A stretch of DNA of 64,000 bases from Hypanus sabinus (taxonomy: Eukaryota), in NCBI RefSeq assembly GCF_030144855.1, contig NC_082718.1, forward strand, positions 5,394,001 to 5,458,000, in the 5' to 3' direction. Position 1 is the first letter of the stretch; the number at the start of each line of letters is the position of its first letter. The notes under the pieces are model-generated. The model searched no databases and was not told where the DNA came from. It saw nothing but the letters and a program-made list of their open reading frames with translations. This document shows positions 12,976-25,532 of the stretch, piece after piece. Made by a program: the position numbers and the translations under genes.

Positions 12976-13445
12976 GCAAACAAGTTGGAGGAACTCAGCA
13001 GGTCGGGCAGCATCCGTTGAAACGAGCAGTCAACGTTTCAGGCCGAGACCCTTCGTCAGGACTGAAGGGGGGGCAGGGGCCCTATAAGAAGGCAGGGGGA
13101 GGGTGGTAATTCCCTCCCTCTCCCTTCCCCCATCCCACTTTCACTCTGCCTCTTCCAGCTGCCTATCGCCTCTCTCATGACTCTGCCTTCTTCTACTACC
13201 CACAGTACTTTCCCCTTACATTCCTTCTTCACCTCTCCTGCCTATCCCCTCCCTGCTTCCCCTCCCCCACCCCTTGATCTTTCCTCTGATTGGTTTTTCA
13301 CCTGGCACCTTCCACCCTCACCCCACCTTCTTTATAGGGCCCCTGCCCCCTCCCTCTTCAGTCCTGACAAAGTGTCTCAGCCCGAAACGTTGACTGTTCA
13401 TTTCCACGGATGCTGCCTGACCTGAGTTCCTCCAGCTTGTTTGTA
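12976..13445. mobile_element. Non-autonomous Penelope-derived element with inverted terminal arms (about 130 bp) containing minimal hammerhead motifs
   Basis: The left arm (12976 to about 13110) is the reverse complement of the right arm (about 13320-13445). Hammerhead core at 13027-13064 (-) and a mutated copy at 13359-13396 (+). Confidence 0.75.
13027..13064 (-). ncRNA. Minimal type I hammerhead ribozyme motif (Penelope-associated)
   Basis: Minus strand reads CAGUC-CUGACGA-AGG(GUCUCGG)CCU-GAAAC-GUU-GACUG: 5-bp stem I, intact CUGANGA and GAAA core, 3-bp stem II, palindromic minimal stem III and an NUH triplet. Confidence 0.65.
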
Positions 13446-13914
13446 CGTGTTGATTCAACCTTCTTCTCATCCACTACAGCTCAACATCTGAGCAGCAGTA
13501 TGTAGTTAGCACAAGACTGAGCTTCAGTCGTCATAGACTGATGCATTGGAATATGAGAGAATAGATCTTGCAATTAAAGTCCTTAAATCTAAAGTCCATT
13601 ACCAAACAGGCCCTGCTCTACGATACTGCCTTTTGACAGAGAAGGTTCACAATGTGACCCTGGAAGTATAGATCACTTATTTTCTTGGGAGCCACTTCTC
13701 GATGAAAGTAGACATCAGTGTTGAAATTCTGTATCACCTTCAGTGTCATCACAATCTTGAGTCATCTGAGGACAAGAGTATTTCAAGGTTACTCCTGACA
13801 CACAGCTCCCTGTGTTCGCTTAGTTCATTATTTATTTGTCATAATTCAGCTCTGATAAAGATTTATAGAAGATGTTCAAAACAGGTAACTCATTCTAGTT
13901 TTAATTTCAGGACA

Positions 13915-13975
13915 ATGGATTTTACTTTGGAAAGGATGCTGTTGGCATTCGTTCTCTTCAGGGAGTTTGAACTGG
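13915..13975 (+). CDS. Coding exon 1: putative signal peptide MDFTLERMLLAFVLFREFEL(G)
   Basis: Acceptor ttttaatttcag at 13910, ATG at 13915, phase-1 donor G|GTGAGT at 13975. The hydrophobic core is short. Confidence 0.7.
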
Positions 13976-14074
13976 GTGAGTGTTTGCCTCTATGGAGAGA
14001 TTTGCATAAGTTTGTCAGGTTGATTCTTACAAGTTAGGTAGGTGATCTTAAGTTTCCTGTGGTTGTTCTTTGAG

Positions 14075-15132
14075 TGTCATAAGGGGGGCGTTGGGAGCAG
14101 ACGCAAATGCAAGACACAGACTCTGAACTACCGGGAACAGGACTAGGCGTGAGAAGGAAGCAAGGGAAGTGGGGAAGAAAGGACGCTGAACATGACACGG
14201 GATTTCAGGCCTGGGCTAGGACTTGACTAGGATAGTGGAACCAGGACATGGAACTGGGAACTAGGAGCCTGGGCTAGGACCCCGAGCAAAGACTGGACAA
14301 GGAACCAGAGCCTGGGTCTTGACTCGTGCTCAGACTCCAGAACTAGGTGAGGACAAGACGTGGCTACAGAATGAGGAGAGGCAACAGGACTGGATGTGAG
14401 ACTCCTGGACAGGACAAGGGAACCCCAGCACCGGGCTGGGAAAGGTACTCCTGGGCTGGGGGAGGCACATGGACAAGACGAGAACACAAAGCCGTGGCTT
14501 GGATAGGACAAGGTTCTTGGACGTGGCTAGGACTGAACGAGACCCCGAAGCCTTGACTTTGTTGATGGAGAGACAGGAACATGGAACACAGAGCTGGGAC
14601 CCTTCCTTGGGTATAGGACGTAGGGCCAGGACTCATTACACAGAATGCAGAATATGACGAGACAGTTCCCAACACAAGTTAGCGGCAAACAGCCGGACCT
14701 ACCTAGCAAAGGCATGGACACAGAGACAGTTCAAAACAACAAAAGACAGTTCCTTATCTTGCTGCGGTGGTAGAACTTGACAGCAGTGAAGGCAAAGCTC
14801 CAGGAGGAAGGTGAAGGGAAGGGATACAGACTGGGGGTTTGGACAGGATACTGACAAGACAAACCCCACAGAGGCAAGAACAGGATACTGACAAGACAAA
14901 CCCCACAGAGGCAAGAACAGGATACTGACAAGACAAACCCCACAGAGGCAAGAACAGGATACTGACAAGACAAACTAGCCCCTACACTTGAACCCAGGGC
15001 CACTTTATTCCCGGTCACAAGACAAGAATCAGGTGTCTATGATTAAGCCCAAATGAAACAAGGGACAGCCGGAAGATCCGGAGTCTGGAGTCTACGGACC
15101 GGAACGTGGACTTCACGGACCGGACCATGACA
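14075..15132 (-). mobile_element. Solo LTR (1058 bp)
   Basis: TGTCAT...ATGACA termini flanked by a 5-bp direct repeat TTGAG (14070-14074 and 15133-15137); AATAAA on the minus strand near 15005; no coding capacity. Confidence 0.8.
14844..14975. repeat. 37-bp tandem repeat, about 3.6 copies, inside the solo LTR
   Basis: caggatactgacaagacaaaccccacagaggcaagaa at 14844, 14881 and 14918, with a partial copy at 14955. Confidence 0.95.
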
Positions 15133-15255
15133 TTGAGTAATTCAAGGATTGAGGAGTAATCCCTTTGCTCAACGAAATAATACATGCGCAAGTGCACACA
15201 CAGACACGCATGCAGTCACACAGACACACAAACATACATACGAACGTACACATAG

Positions 15256-15681
15256 NNNNNNNNNNNNNNNNNNNNNNNNNNNNNNNNNNNNNNNNNNNNN
15301 NNNNNNNNNNNNNNNNNNNNNNNNNNNNNNNNNNNNNNNNNNNNNNNNNNNNNNNNNNNNNNNNNNNNNNNNNNNNNNNNNNNNNNNNNNNNNNNNNNNN
15401 NNNNNNNNNNNNNNNNNNNNNNNNNNNNNNNNNNNNNNNNNNNNNNNNNNNNNNNNNNNNNNNNNNNNNNNNNNNNNNNNNNNNNNNNNNNNNNNNNNNN
15501 NNNNNNNNNNNNNNNNNNNNNNNNNNNNNNNNNNNNNNNNNNNNNNNNNNNNNNNNNNNNNNNNNNNNNNNNNNNNNNNNNNNNNNNNNNNNNNNNNNNN
15601 NNNNNNNNNNNNNNNNNNNNNNNNNNNNNNNNNNNNNNNNNNNNNNNNNNNNNNNNNNNNNNNNNNNNNNNNNNNNNNNNN
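15256..15681. other. Assembly gap flanked by CA-rich simple sequence
   Basis: N run; (ca)-rich flanks at 15180-15255. Confidence 1.
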
Positions 15682-15769
15682 GCAGACGCAGACAACACAC
15701 CTTTTATTTATTTGTTCATTCTGTTGTCATTTATTCTCTTGTTTTTATCTTAATTTCTGATATTCTCAG

Positions 15770-16340
15770 CTCAGTTCAAGTTTAATTATCATTCAACCAT
15801 ACATGAATGCCAATGAATACAGCCAAGCGAAGCAGCATTCCTCCACAGTACCAACAGTCACAGACAACACAATGGACAGATCGTATCAATAAGATAGCAA
15901 GCACGTATAAGATATCAGTAAAATACGGTCATATAAAAAATACATCCAAGACCCCGAGTCCATGAATGTTACCTGAGCCTGCAGTCGAACACAATCTGCT
16001 TGTTTTCTGCTGAGCACTGACTGACTCCAGCAAGCAAGCTGCACCGAACTGCCTCCGGTGGCACACAACAACTCCGCCTCTCTCCAGGGCGGCTGTAAGC
16101 AGGTGACACCAGTCCTCGCTACGACCGAATCCGTGCAGCTCACCTGCCATCCAGCCAGTAAATCAGTGAATCGTACTTGCAGCGTTCCACATTAGCAATG
16201 TCCAACAGGGTCTTGCGATCACAGGAAAAGCCACTAAGACGCTCACTTACTGTTAGACTGCACACTGCCTTCACGGACTGACTCATCCGACACTCCTCTG
16301 CCTGCACCAAGTCCATGTCCTTCTGTCTCTCTGCCAATGA
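15770..16340 (-). mobile_element. Internally deleted Rex1-related element
   Basis: Minus strand 'IANVERCKYDSL' resembles the start of the Rex1 endonuclease; Rex1-like 3' UTR and tail near 15770-15850. Confidence 0.45.
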
Positions 16341-16704
16341 GCAACTGGCTGATGGGGTAGACCTGCAGTAACTTGTCTCCTGCTTTTATCTTAACTTCAG
16401 TTCTAACATCCCTTGTTGTAAAGTAACATCTGAAGAAGTGTAACAGAGAGCCAGGGGACATGGAAACAAGTCAGTGAGCTATTTGTGACATGCTGGAAGT
16501 TATAGTGAAAATCGTTAGTGCTCAAGACTATGGAGGTAGATGAGCCCAGTTTTAGTCACAAAATAATACATTTTTAAAATTTTCTATTATTTTTACAAGA
16601 TGCAAGAGTGTGGAGATTCAAGATCAAGATTCCAGATTGTTTATTGAACTCCAAATTTATTTGCAAGTAATGTGCATATCTTTATTTCCTGATATTTTTA
16701 CTAG

Positions 16705-17049
16705 GCATAGGGTCTTTCTCCCAGTCCTATGGGAAATTGAATGGAGACGTCTTGTTGCCCTGCACCTTTACAGTTTCAGCCAACCTCGATATGTACAACC
16801 TGGTTGTCACGTGGCAGCGGACAGACAGTCTGGCTGTGGTTTACAGCTTCTACTCTGGATTGGAACATCCAGAGCATCAAGCTGCAGAGTTCAGAGGTCG
16901 CACTCAGCTGTTTCACCAGGAATTCCTCAAAGGGAATGCGAACCTAAAATTGGAAAACGTGACATTATTCGACGTGGGTAACTACACCTGCTTCGTATTT
17001 GAAGAAGGGTCTGAGCACATTGAGAACATTGTGGAATTAAGATTGATTG
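16705..17049 (+). CDS. Coding exon 2: IgV domain, B7/butyrophilin family-like
   Basis: IGSFSQSYGKLNGDVLLPCTF...VTWQ...FRGRTQLF...GNANLKLENVTLFDVGNYTCFV...VELRLI: canonical V-set C, W and D-x-G-x-Y-x-C, with two N-glycosylation sequons (NVT, NYT). 345-nt phase 1-1 exon, acceptor tttttactag, donor GTGAGT. Confidence 0.93.
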
Positions 17050-18330
17050 GTGAGTGCAAGAAAAGGTGTGATAGTAAAAGCAAAGTAAGTGAATTACATT
17101 GAATCACTCCATACAGAAAAGGATTCTGTTCATCAGATTGTGGTGTCTATCTACACCAGTGCCATTAGGCTCACATTGCTCTGTGCCTTTCCTGTCCAGG
17201 TACCTTTCTGTTTGTAAGTGCCTTTCAGATACTACAATTGAACATGCCTCTGCCACGTACTGTTGGAGCTTGTTCCACATAATCACCTCCCTCTGACAGA
17301 TCACCTTTAAATTTCTCCTTTCACTGTATGCTAGATTCAGATTCCCCGCCCTGGGAAAGATTCCTACCATCTACACAAACATACCAGATGTTCTGTCCAC
17401 CTACGTCACCACTTTGAGTGAGCTACAGACTTGATTCCGAAGCTCCTCTGGACATCAGCACTCCGGAGCTCCCAGCTACTCACTATATATCCAACTAGAG
17501 TTCAACTTCCCAAATGATGTTAGCTCACACTTAAAGTCCATCTGCCACCACTCACTTTCCAATTGATTTATGTCCCTTTGTCATTAGGAAACCACCTTCA
17601 CTCTCTGTGACTCTAACAGTCTTCTTGTCTGCAGACTTTCTGACAAGATCACCTGCATTCTCATCCAAGTCATTTATATACGTTGCAAACAACTAAGTTC
17701 CCAAAAAGAAGATCTACAGTGCATCTTTTTCCAGGCAGAGAATCGGCAATTCCCCATTACCCTCTGCTTCCTATCTCCGAGACAATTTTGGATCCAGTTT
17801 CTCCCCATATTTCATGTTCTCTGTCCTTTAGCCTTCCGGAATCCTCCTACCATACAGGATCTTGTCAAAAGCCTTACTGAAGTCCATGTAATCCCTTTAT
17901 ACCATGTTGCCTTCATGAATTTTAGACTATAAACCTGGAAGGTTGCAATGTGCTGCGACAGAAGGTGAGGTATTGTTCCTTAAGTTGGAGTTGGGTCTTG
18001 TTGTAACAGTGCAGGAGGTCATTGAGAAACACGCCTGTCTACATGTAATTCTGTACGAACACTACTCCCATTTCATTTTTTGTACTATTTTTGTAACTTA
18101 TAATAAGCTTATGTCCTTACACTCAGTTGCTGTTGCAAAACAACAAATTTCACACCATATGATAAATCTGATTCTGAGCTGCTATCAGACAGGTTTTAAT
18201 AATCCTTCTCCTAACTATAAGGTAATCCACATTTATACATCTCTTTTTGAGTGGAACATCTTGTGATCATGTTTCATTTCCTTTGCCTATGAGATAGTTT
18301 AACCATTTGGTTTTGTTCTGAATATCCTAG

Positions 18331-18468
18331 ATACATCATGGATTGATGCCGCTGATCCAGCTTCAGATAGACAACGTTATGGACTTCAACCTGCATTGCC
18401 GTTTGTTTTACTTACAGCTGTAATTTTACTTTTCAAAATCAGATCAAAGAAGCAAGGAGATCCTGAAA
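18331..18468 (+). CDS. Coding exon 3: stalk, transmembrane helix and basic stop-transfer segment
   Basis: DTSWIDAADPASDRQRYGLQPALPFVLLTAVILLFKIRSKKQGDPE; 138-nt phase 1-1 exon, acceptor atatcctag, donor A|GTGAGT, no stop codon. Confidence 0.85.
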
Positions 18469-18489
18469 GTGAGTAACGTGTTGAGAAAA

Positions 18490-20620
18490 TTGGCCACTCA
18501 TGACACAAACTGTACGACTATAGGTACAATGGGGGAGCCACAGTGACCCGGTCTCTGGCACTGAGTGTGGTGTTGTGGCTGAGAAAAGCAGAGAGGTAAA
18601 GAGGACTGCAGTGTTGATGGGGGAATTCCTTAGACAGAGAAACAGAGACAAGATTGTGTGGGAGCGATAGAGACAACCGCATGGTATTTTGCCTGGTAGC
18701 AGAATCAGGGATGTCTAGGAGCGTGTCTGTGGCATTCTCAAGGGCGAGGGTGAGCAGCCAGAAGTGTTGGTACATACTGGCACAATGACATAGGTAGACA
18801 AGGTGAGGAGGTTCTGAAGAGAGGTTTTAGGGAGCTGGGTAGAAAGCTGAGAAATGGGTTCTCCAGGGTAGTAATCTCTGCATTGTTGCCAGTGAGGGTA
18901 AGAATAGAATGATTTAGCAGGAACTGGTGCAGGGGGCAGGGGCTCAGAGTTATGGATCATGGAAGTCTCTTCTGGGGTGGGTTACATCTGAACCAGAAGG
19001 TGTCCAATACCCTTGCGGGCAGGTTGGCTGGAGTTGTTTGGGGGAAGATTTAAACTAATTTGGCAGGGGGATGGGAACTGGAGTGATAGTACAGAAGTTG
19101 AGTTGGTTTACAAACAGAGGCAATGTGTACTGAGACTCCTAGTAAGGAGAGGCTGAACATAGAGCAAAATTACAGTCAACAAGATGAGTTACATGTAAAA
19201 GGCAGACAAAATCTACAAGGGTGAATATAGGACTAAAGGCGTTATATCTGAATGCGCGCAGTGTATGCAATAAGGTTTATGAACTTGTAGCACAGTTACA
19301 AATTGGAAGTATGATGCTGTAGGCATCACTGAATCATGGCTGAAAGAAGATTGTAGCTTGTCATATTGTCCACTTGGCTTGATTAGCTTATTATTTAATT
19401 ATTTATGGTTTTATATTGCTATATTTCTTCACTATTCTTGGTTGGTGCGGCTGTAACAAAACTCAATTTCCCTCAGGACCAATAAAGTATGGCTGTCTGT
19501 CTGTCTGTTGTATCAAAAGGATCGGCAGGAAGACAGGTGGGGTGGGGTGGCTCTGATGGTAAAAATAAAATAAAGTCATTAGAAAGGGGTGGTATAGGGT
19601 CGGAAAGTGTTGAATTGTTGTGGATAGAGTGAAGGAACTGCAAGGGTAAGAAGACACTGATGGGAGTTGTATACAGACCCCAAACAGTACTGGTCTACAA
19701 TGAGAGATAGAAAATGCATGCCAAATGGGCAATGTTACAATAGACATGGGGGATTTTTATATGCAGGTAGTTTGGGGAAATCAGGTTGGTGCTGGATTCC
19801 AAGAAGGGGAATTTCTAGAATTCCTACAAGATGGCTTTTTAAAGCAGCTTTTGGTTGAGCCCACCAGGGGATCAGCTATTCTGGATTGGGTGTTGTTCAA
19901 TGAACCAGAATTGATCAGAGAGTTTTAAGGTGAAAGAACCCTTAGGAGATGTAATTGTAATATGATCAAATTCACCCTGAAATTTGAGAAGGAGAAGCTA
20001 AAGTCAGATTGGAAAAGGACACTGGCTTGGATGATAGCAGAGCAGCAATGGCTGGAATTTCTGGAAGCAATTCAGAAGGCCCAGGATATATACATCCCAA
20101 AGAGGAAGAAGTATGTTAAAGGCAAGATGAGAAATCAGAAGCCAAAATAAACAAGAGAAACCAAAGCCAAAATAAAAGCCAAAGAGAGGGCATATAATAG
20201 AGCAAAAATTTGTGGGAAGTTAGAGAATTGGGAAAATTTAATTACCAACAGAAGGCAACTAAACAAGTCATTGAAAAGGTAAAGATGGAATATGAAAGTA
20301 AGCTAGCCAATAATTTTATAGAGTATTCCAAAATGTTGGACGAACTGAATAAATACTTTGCATTGGTCTTCACTTTGGAAGACACCAGCAGTATAGTGAA
20401 AGTTCAGGTGTCAGGGGTCATGAAGTGTGTGATGTTACCATAAATAGAGAGAAGGTCTTGGGAAACCGAAAGGTCTGAAGGTAGATAAGTCACCTGGACC
20501 AGATGGTGTACACCCCAGGGTTATGAAAGAGGTGGCTGAAGAGATTGTGGAGGCAGTAGTAATGATATTTCAAGAATCACTAGATTCTGGAATGGTTCCA
20601 GAAGACTGGGAAATTGCACA
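18490..20620 (+). mobile_element. Decayed CR1 LINE (ORF1 esterase-like region, endonuclease, start of RT)
   Basis: Degenerate GDS..RG.D..FCG...DSRMV.CLPGA (ORF1), LNARS..NK..EL, GVVYRPPNS, MGDF, LKVDKSPGPDG.HPRV.KEVAEEI. Confidence 0.8.
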
Positions 20621-20749
20621 CTGAGAACCAGCTGATGAACCTCCGGTTTCCCTCTCCTGAAGTCAATAATGGGCTTCTTGGTCTTAATGACATTGAGTAA
20701 GAGGTAGTTGTTACGACACTGCTTAGCCAGATTTTCTTTTCTTTTTCAA

Positions 20750-23700
20750 TCTTTTTATAAGTATCAACATGATAAGATTGATACATAGTTATTGGGATTT
20801 CAAAATTACAAAATTAAAATGAGCACAAAAGGATACATAAGCAATAAGTACAATATAGTTAAGTCTTCCCAAATCATACGTGATACAAATATATATACAA
20901 AACAAAAAAACTAGGTATATCAATATAAAAAAAACAGAAAAAGAGAAAAAATATTACCCCAAAAAACAAGAACTAATCTAACAAACTAACCACTAACTAA
21001 TGGAAAAGAAAAGAAAAAAAAAGGTCTGTTTATAGTATCTAAGAAAAGACAAAGAATCCTCAGTGTCATCAACTCCAATCCTCTCTACATATATAAAATC
21101 AGAACCAGAAAAAAAAAGTAGGATTGGAACCAGGTCAAATTACATCATGTGAAAATATTGAATGAATGGCCTCCAAGTCTTTTCAAATTAATAGAAGGGT
21201 CATATGACACTTCTAATTTTTTCCAAATTTAAACATAACGTAGTTTGAGAAAACCAATGAAATGTGGTTGGGGGATTAATTTCTTTCCAATTCAACAAAA
21301 TAGATCTTTTGGCCATTAACGTAAGGAATGCAATCATCCGACAAGCAGAGGGAGATAAATGAATTGACTCCATCTTTGGTAAACCAAAGATTGCAGTAAT
21401 AGGATGAGGTTGTAAATCAATATTCAATACCGTAGAAATAATATCAAAAATGTCTTTCCAATATTTTTCCAAGGACGGACATGACCAAAACATATGAGTT
21501 AGAGAAGCTATCTCAGAATGACATCAATCACTTTTGGGATTTATGTGGAAATAAAAACGAGCTAATTTATCCTTGGACATATGAGCCCTGTGCACAACTT
21601 TAAACTGTATCAATTAATGTTTAGAACATATAGAGGATGAATTAGCTAGTTGAAGAATTTTATCCCAATTCTCAATAGGAATAGTAAAGTTAAGTTCTCT
21701 TTCCCAATCATTCTTAATCTTATAAAAGGCCTCTGAATGTATTTTCATAATTATATTGTAAACATTTGATATTACATCTTTCTGGAAAGGATTTAATTCT
21801 AACAATTTCTCCAAAATGCCCATAGAATCTAGATTTGGAAAGGTAGGAAGTACAGTGTTTAAAAAGTTCCTAATCTGTAAATATCTTTAAAAAAATGAGA
21901 TCTGGGCAAATTATATTTATTAGATAATTGTTCAAAAGACATGAAACAATTAACCAAAAATAATTCAGAAAATCGTAGTATACCCTTTAGTCTTCCAAAC
22001 TAAATAAGCTTGGTCTATAATAGAGGGATAAAAAAAGAAATTGGATACGATAGGAATTGCTAAAACAATTTGATTCAACCCAAAAAAATTCTGGAATTGA
22101 AACCATATAGAGTGTGTTTAACTATCGGATTGTCAATTCGTTTATGTAATTTAGAAAACGCAAAAGGAAGAGAAGTCCCTAAGATAGAACCCAATGAAAA
22201 TCCTTGTACAGATTTAATTTCCAAATTTACCCAATGAGGGCTAGGAGATAAATCTAAATCCCTTAACCAACATTTCAAATATCAAATATTAATTGCCCAG
22301 TAATAAAATCTAAAATTTGGCAAAGTCAATCTACCTTCCTTTTTTGACTTCTGTAAATATTTTTTACCTAACCTAGGATTTTTATTCTGCCAAGAATGAA
22401 GAAATTTTGGAATCAACATGATCAAAAAAGGATTTCAGAATAATAAGTGGTACCGCTTGAAATATATATAAAAACTTAAGTAAAATAATCATCTTAATAG
22501 CATTAATTTGACCTATCAATGATAAAGACAATGGTGACCATTTAGTAAACAAACATTTAATCTGATCAATTAAGGGTAAAAAATTAACCAATAAATCCTT
22601 TTTTTTGTGATTTTAATCCTTAAGTATATAAAATAATCATTAACAAATTTAAAAGGTAAATTTCCGTAAATTGGAACCTGCCTATTTAGGGGGAACAATT
22701 CACTCTTATTAAGATTCAATTTATACCCGGAAAAATTACTAAACTGAGCCAACAATGATATAACTGCAGGAATGGATTTCTCAGGATCGGAAATGTATAA
22801 TAACAAGTTGTCTGCATATAATGATAACTTATGTATATCCATCTGGCTAGTAATGCCAAAATTGTTAGGTGATTCTCTAATAGCAATTGCCAAAGGTTCC
22901 AGGGCAATATCAAATAATAATGGACTAAGAGGACAGCCTTGCCTGGGACCCCGAAATAAAGGAAAAAAGGCAGATCTTTGATTGTTAGTAAAAACCGAGG
23001 CTACTGGAGTATGATATATCAATTTAATCCAGGATATAAATGTCGGACTAAAGTTAAACTTCTCAAGCACAGTAAATAAATATGGCCATTCAACTCTATC
23101 AAATGCTTTCTCTGCATCTAATGAAATGACACATTCTGAGGTGCTGTGTGAAGGAGTATAAACAATATTCAATAATCTCCTAATAAAAAATAGCGGTTTT
23201 TAATAAAACCAGTTTAATCCTCTGAGATAATTTGAGGTAATACCTTCTCCAGCCTTGTCGCCAGTAACTTGGATAAGATCTTGGAATCTACATTCAACAG
23301 GGATATCGGTCTATAGGATGAACAGTCAGTAGGGTCTTTATCTTTTTTCAATATTAAAGAAATGGAAGCACTATAAAAAAGATTGTGGTAGTTTACCTAG
23401 TCTAATTGCTTCTTCAAAAACCCTACATAACCAAGGAGAAAGAATAGAGGAAAAAAACTTGAAAAATTCCACTGTATTCCCATCTGGACCTGGTGCTTTT
23501 CCAGAATTCATAGAGGAAATAACACCTTTAATTTCTGCATCCATAATAGGAGTTTCTAATATTAAATGTTCTTCAGATGATAATTTTGGAAATTTCAGCT
23601 TCCCTAAAAAATCATACATGGTATTAAGATCATGAGGAAATTCAGAGTGATAGAGAGAAGTATAAAAATCTTGAAAAGATTTGTTTATCTCATCATGATT

Positions 23701-24525
23701 AACTGTCAATTCACCATTCTGTTTACGGATCTTAATAATTTGACGTTTAACCGAAACAGTCTTCAATTGGTTAGCTAACTATTTGCCCGATTTATCACTA
23801 TGTATGTAAAATTTACCTGGTTTTCATTAATTGATTTTTGTTTTTTTTTAAATTGATTTTCAATCGAAGATATGAGTGATAAACTGTGTTCCATTTGAAG
23901 CTCAACTCTTTGTTATAAAGCTCCTTACTAGGAGCGATTGAATATTTCTTATCAATTTCTTTAATCTTATCAACCAATAAAAGAGTTTCATTCTTAATAC
24001 GTTTTCTCAAACCAACAGAATAGGAGATAATCTGTCCACGTATATATGCTTTTAAAGTATCCCGAAGTGTTCCGCAGGAAATTTCATCTGTGGAGTTGGT
24101 TGAAAAGAAGAAATCAATCTGTTCTTTCATAAATTTAATGAAATCCGGATCTTGCAGTAAGGTAGAATCAAATCGCCATTGTTTAGTACTAGGAGCTGTG
24201 TCCATTAATTTAATAGAAAGTTTCATTGGAGCATGGTCAGAGATGGCTATAATGTCATAATTACAACCAATTACAGGTGGAATGAGATGAGAGTCAATGA
24301 AAAAGTAGTCAATTCTCGAGTAAGAGTGATAGACGTGAGAAAAATGAAAACTCTTTGTCCTTAGGATGTAGAAATCTCCAAGTATCGAAAATTCCGGAGT
24401 CAATCAAAAAAGAATTGATATAAGTGGCCGACTTATTTGGTAAAGTCTGAATGGATATAGCTCTATCCAACAAAGGATTTAAACAACAATTAAAGTCACC
24501 ACCCATTATTAACATATATTCATTT
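20750..24525 (-). mobile_element. L1-clade LINE ORF2 (endonuclease, RT, Cys-rich C-terminus), frameshifted, with AT-rich 3' UTR
   Basis: MGGDFNCCLNPLLDR, HSYSRIDYFF, MNSGKAPGPDG, SLDAEKAFDRVEW, RQGCPLSPLLF, LYADNLLLY, HMFWSCPSLEKYW. Confidence 0.92.
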
Positions 24526-25502
24526 AGATTAGGTACAGCCAGATTTTCAGTCTCCCTCCTGTATGCTGATTCATCACCACCTTTGATTGGTGAATGTTAA
24601 ATGTGTAAGGTGATTGATTCAGTTACATGAATTGGTTAATCAGCCAAGGAAATTGCCTTTAGCATTGGATGTGTGTATTTAGATGACAAACATTATTGTG
24701 ATGGTTGCATTCTGCATTAATGTCGTCCGGATTTCTCCACCAAGCATTTGGCATTCCATAGATTTTTTAATATCTTCTCTGAAGGTTGAGTTGAAAGGCA
24801 GCAGGTAACTTGGCTGAGGAGTGAAAGACACTTCTTTAAGCACCTGACTACAGAATTGCCTTACCACCAGTGAGAAAGGGAGCCAAGTGGCATCAGTGCC
24901 AAGCAAATGGGATATCGAACCACTTCTGATACTGTTCCACACAGGTCACATAACAATGTTCTTTGTTCTCTGTCATGATAACTCAGGTGTTGTGTTTGAC
25001 TTCTGAAAGAGCTTACTAATGTTGCTATTAAACCTTGTCAAGTATTTAAATATTTATGTTAAGTTCACCCCTGACAAATTAATTAAAGTTCAAAGTATAT
25101 TTATTATCAAAGTATGTAATCTTGAGATTTGACTCCTTATAGTCAGCCACAAAACAAAGAAAGCCAATAGAACCTATTAAAAAGACCTTCAAACACCCAA
25201 TATACAGAAAGCAACAAATAATAAAAAGTAAGCAAATAACATTCATAACTTAAGTTCACAAAAGTGAGTCCGCAGCCACGAAGCCACTCATCACTGCAGC
25301 TGATCCAGGAGCCCGTTAGTTGTGGGCCTCAGCCTCATCAATCCATTGTTCTCTGACCCAGAACTTCATTATCCTGACTGAAGATGCCCAGTGTAATGTG
25401 CTGACGTTATTACAACTCCCCACCAGTTCCAGCCACAGACAATGCAACATCCTCTCAGAGGAACAGACACTGACTTGTGCTTTATTCTGCTTTTTTTTTC
25501 AG

Positions 25503-25532
25503 AGGTTTGTTTACTGGAAGAAGACACAAAAG
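25503..25532 (+). CDS. Coding exon 4: 30-nt cytoplasmic linker micro-exon (K)VCLLEEDTK
   Basis: Strong acceptor (ttattctgctttttttttcag), donor AAAG|GTAAAG, phase 1-1, open in the frame that joins the TM exon to the NACHT exon. Confidence 0.65.

Noticed and set aside
20750-24525. L1, CR1 and Rex1 ORF fragments as host genes
   Set aside because: Frameshifted, multi-copy within this window and carrying standard retroelement motifs.
24785-24804. AG/GT-bounded 20-nt candidate exon between the TM and NACHT exons
   Set aside because: Not a multiple of 3 and gives AGT-TGA (stop) after the phase-1 TM donor. It could at most yield a truncated Ig-TM isoform, with no support.
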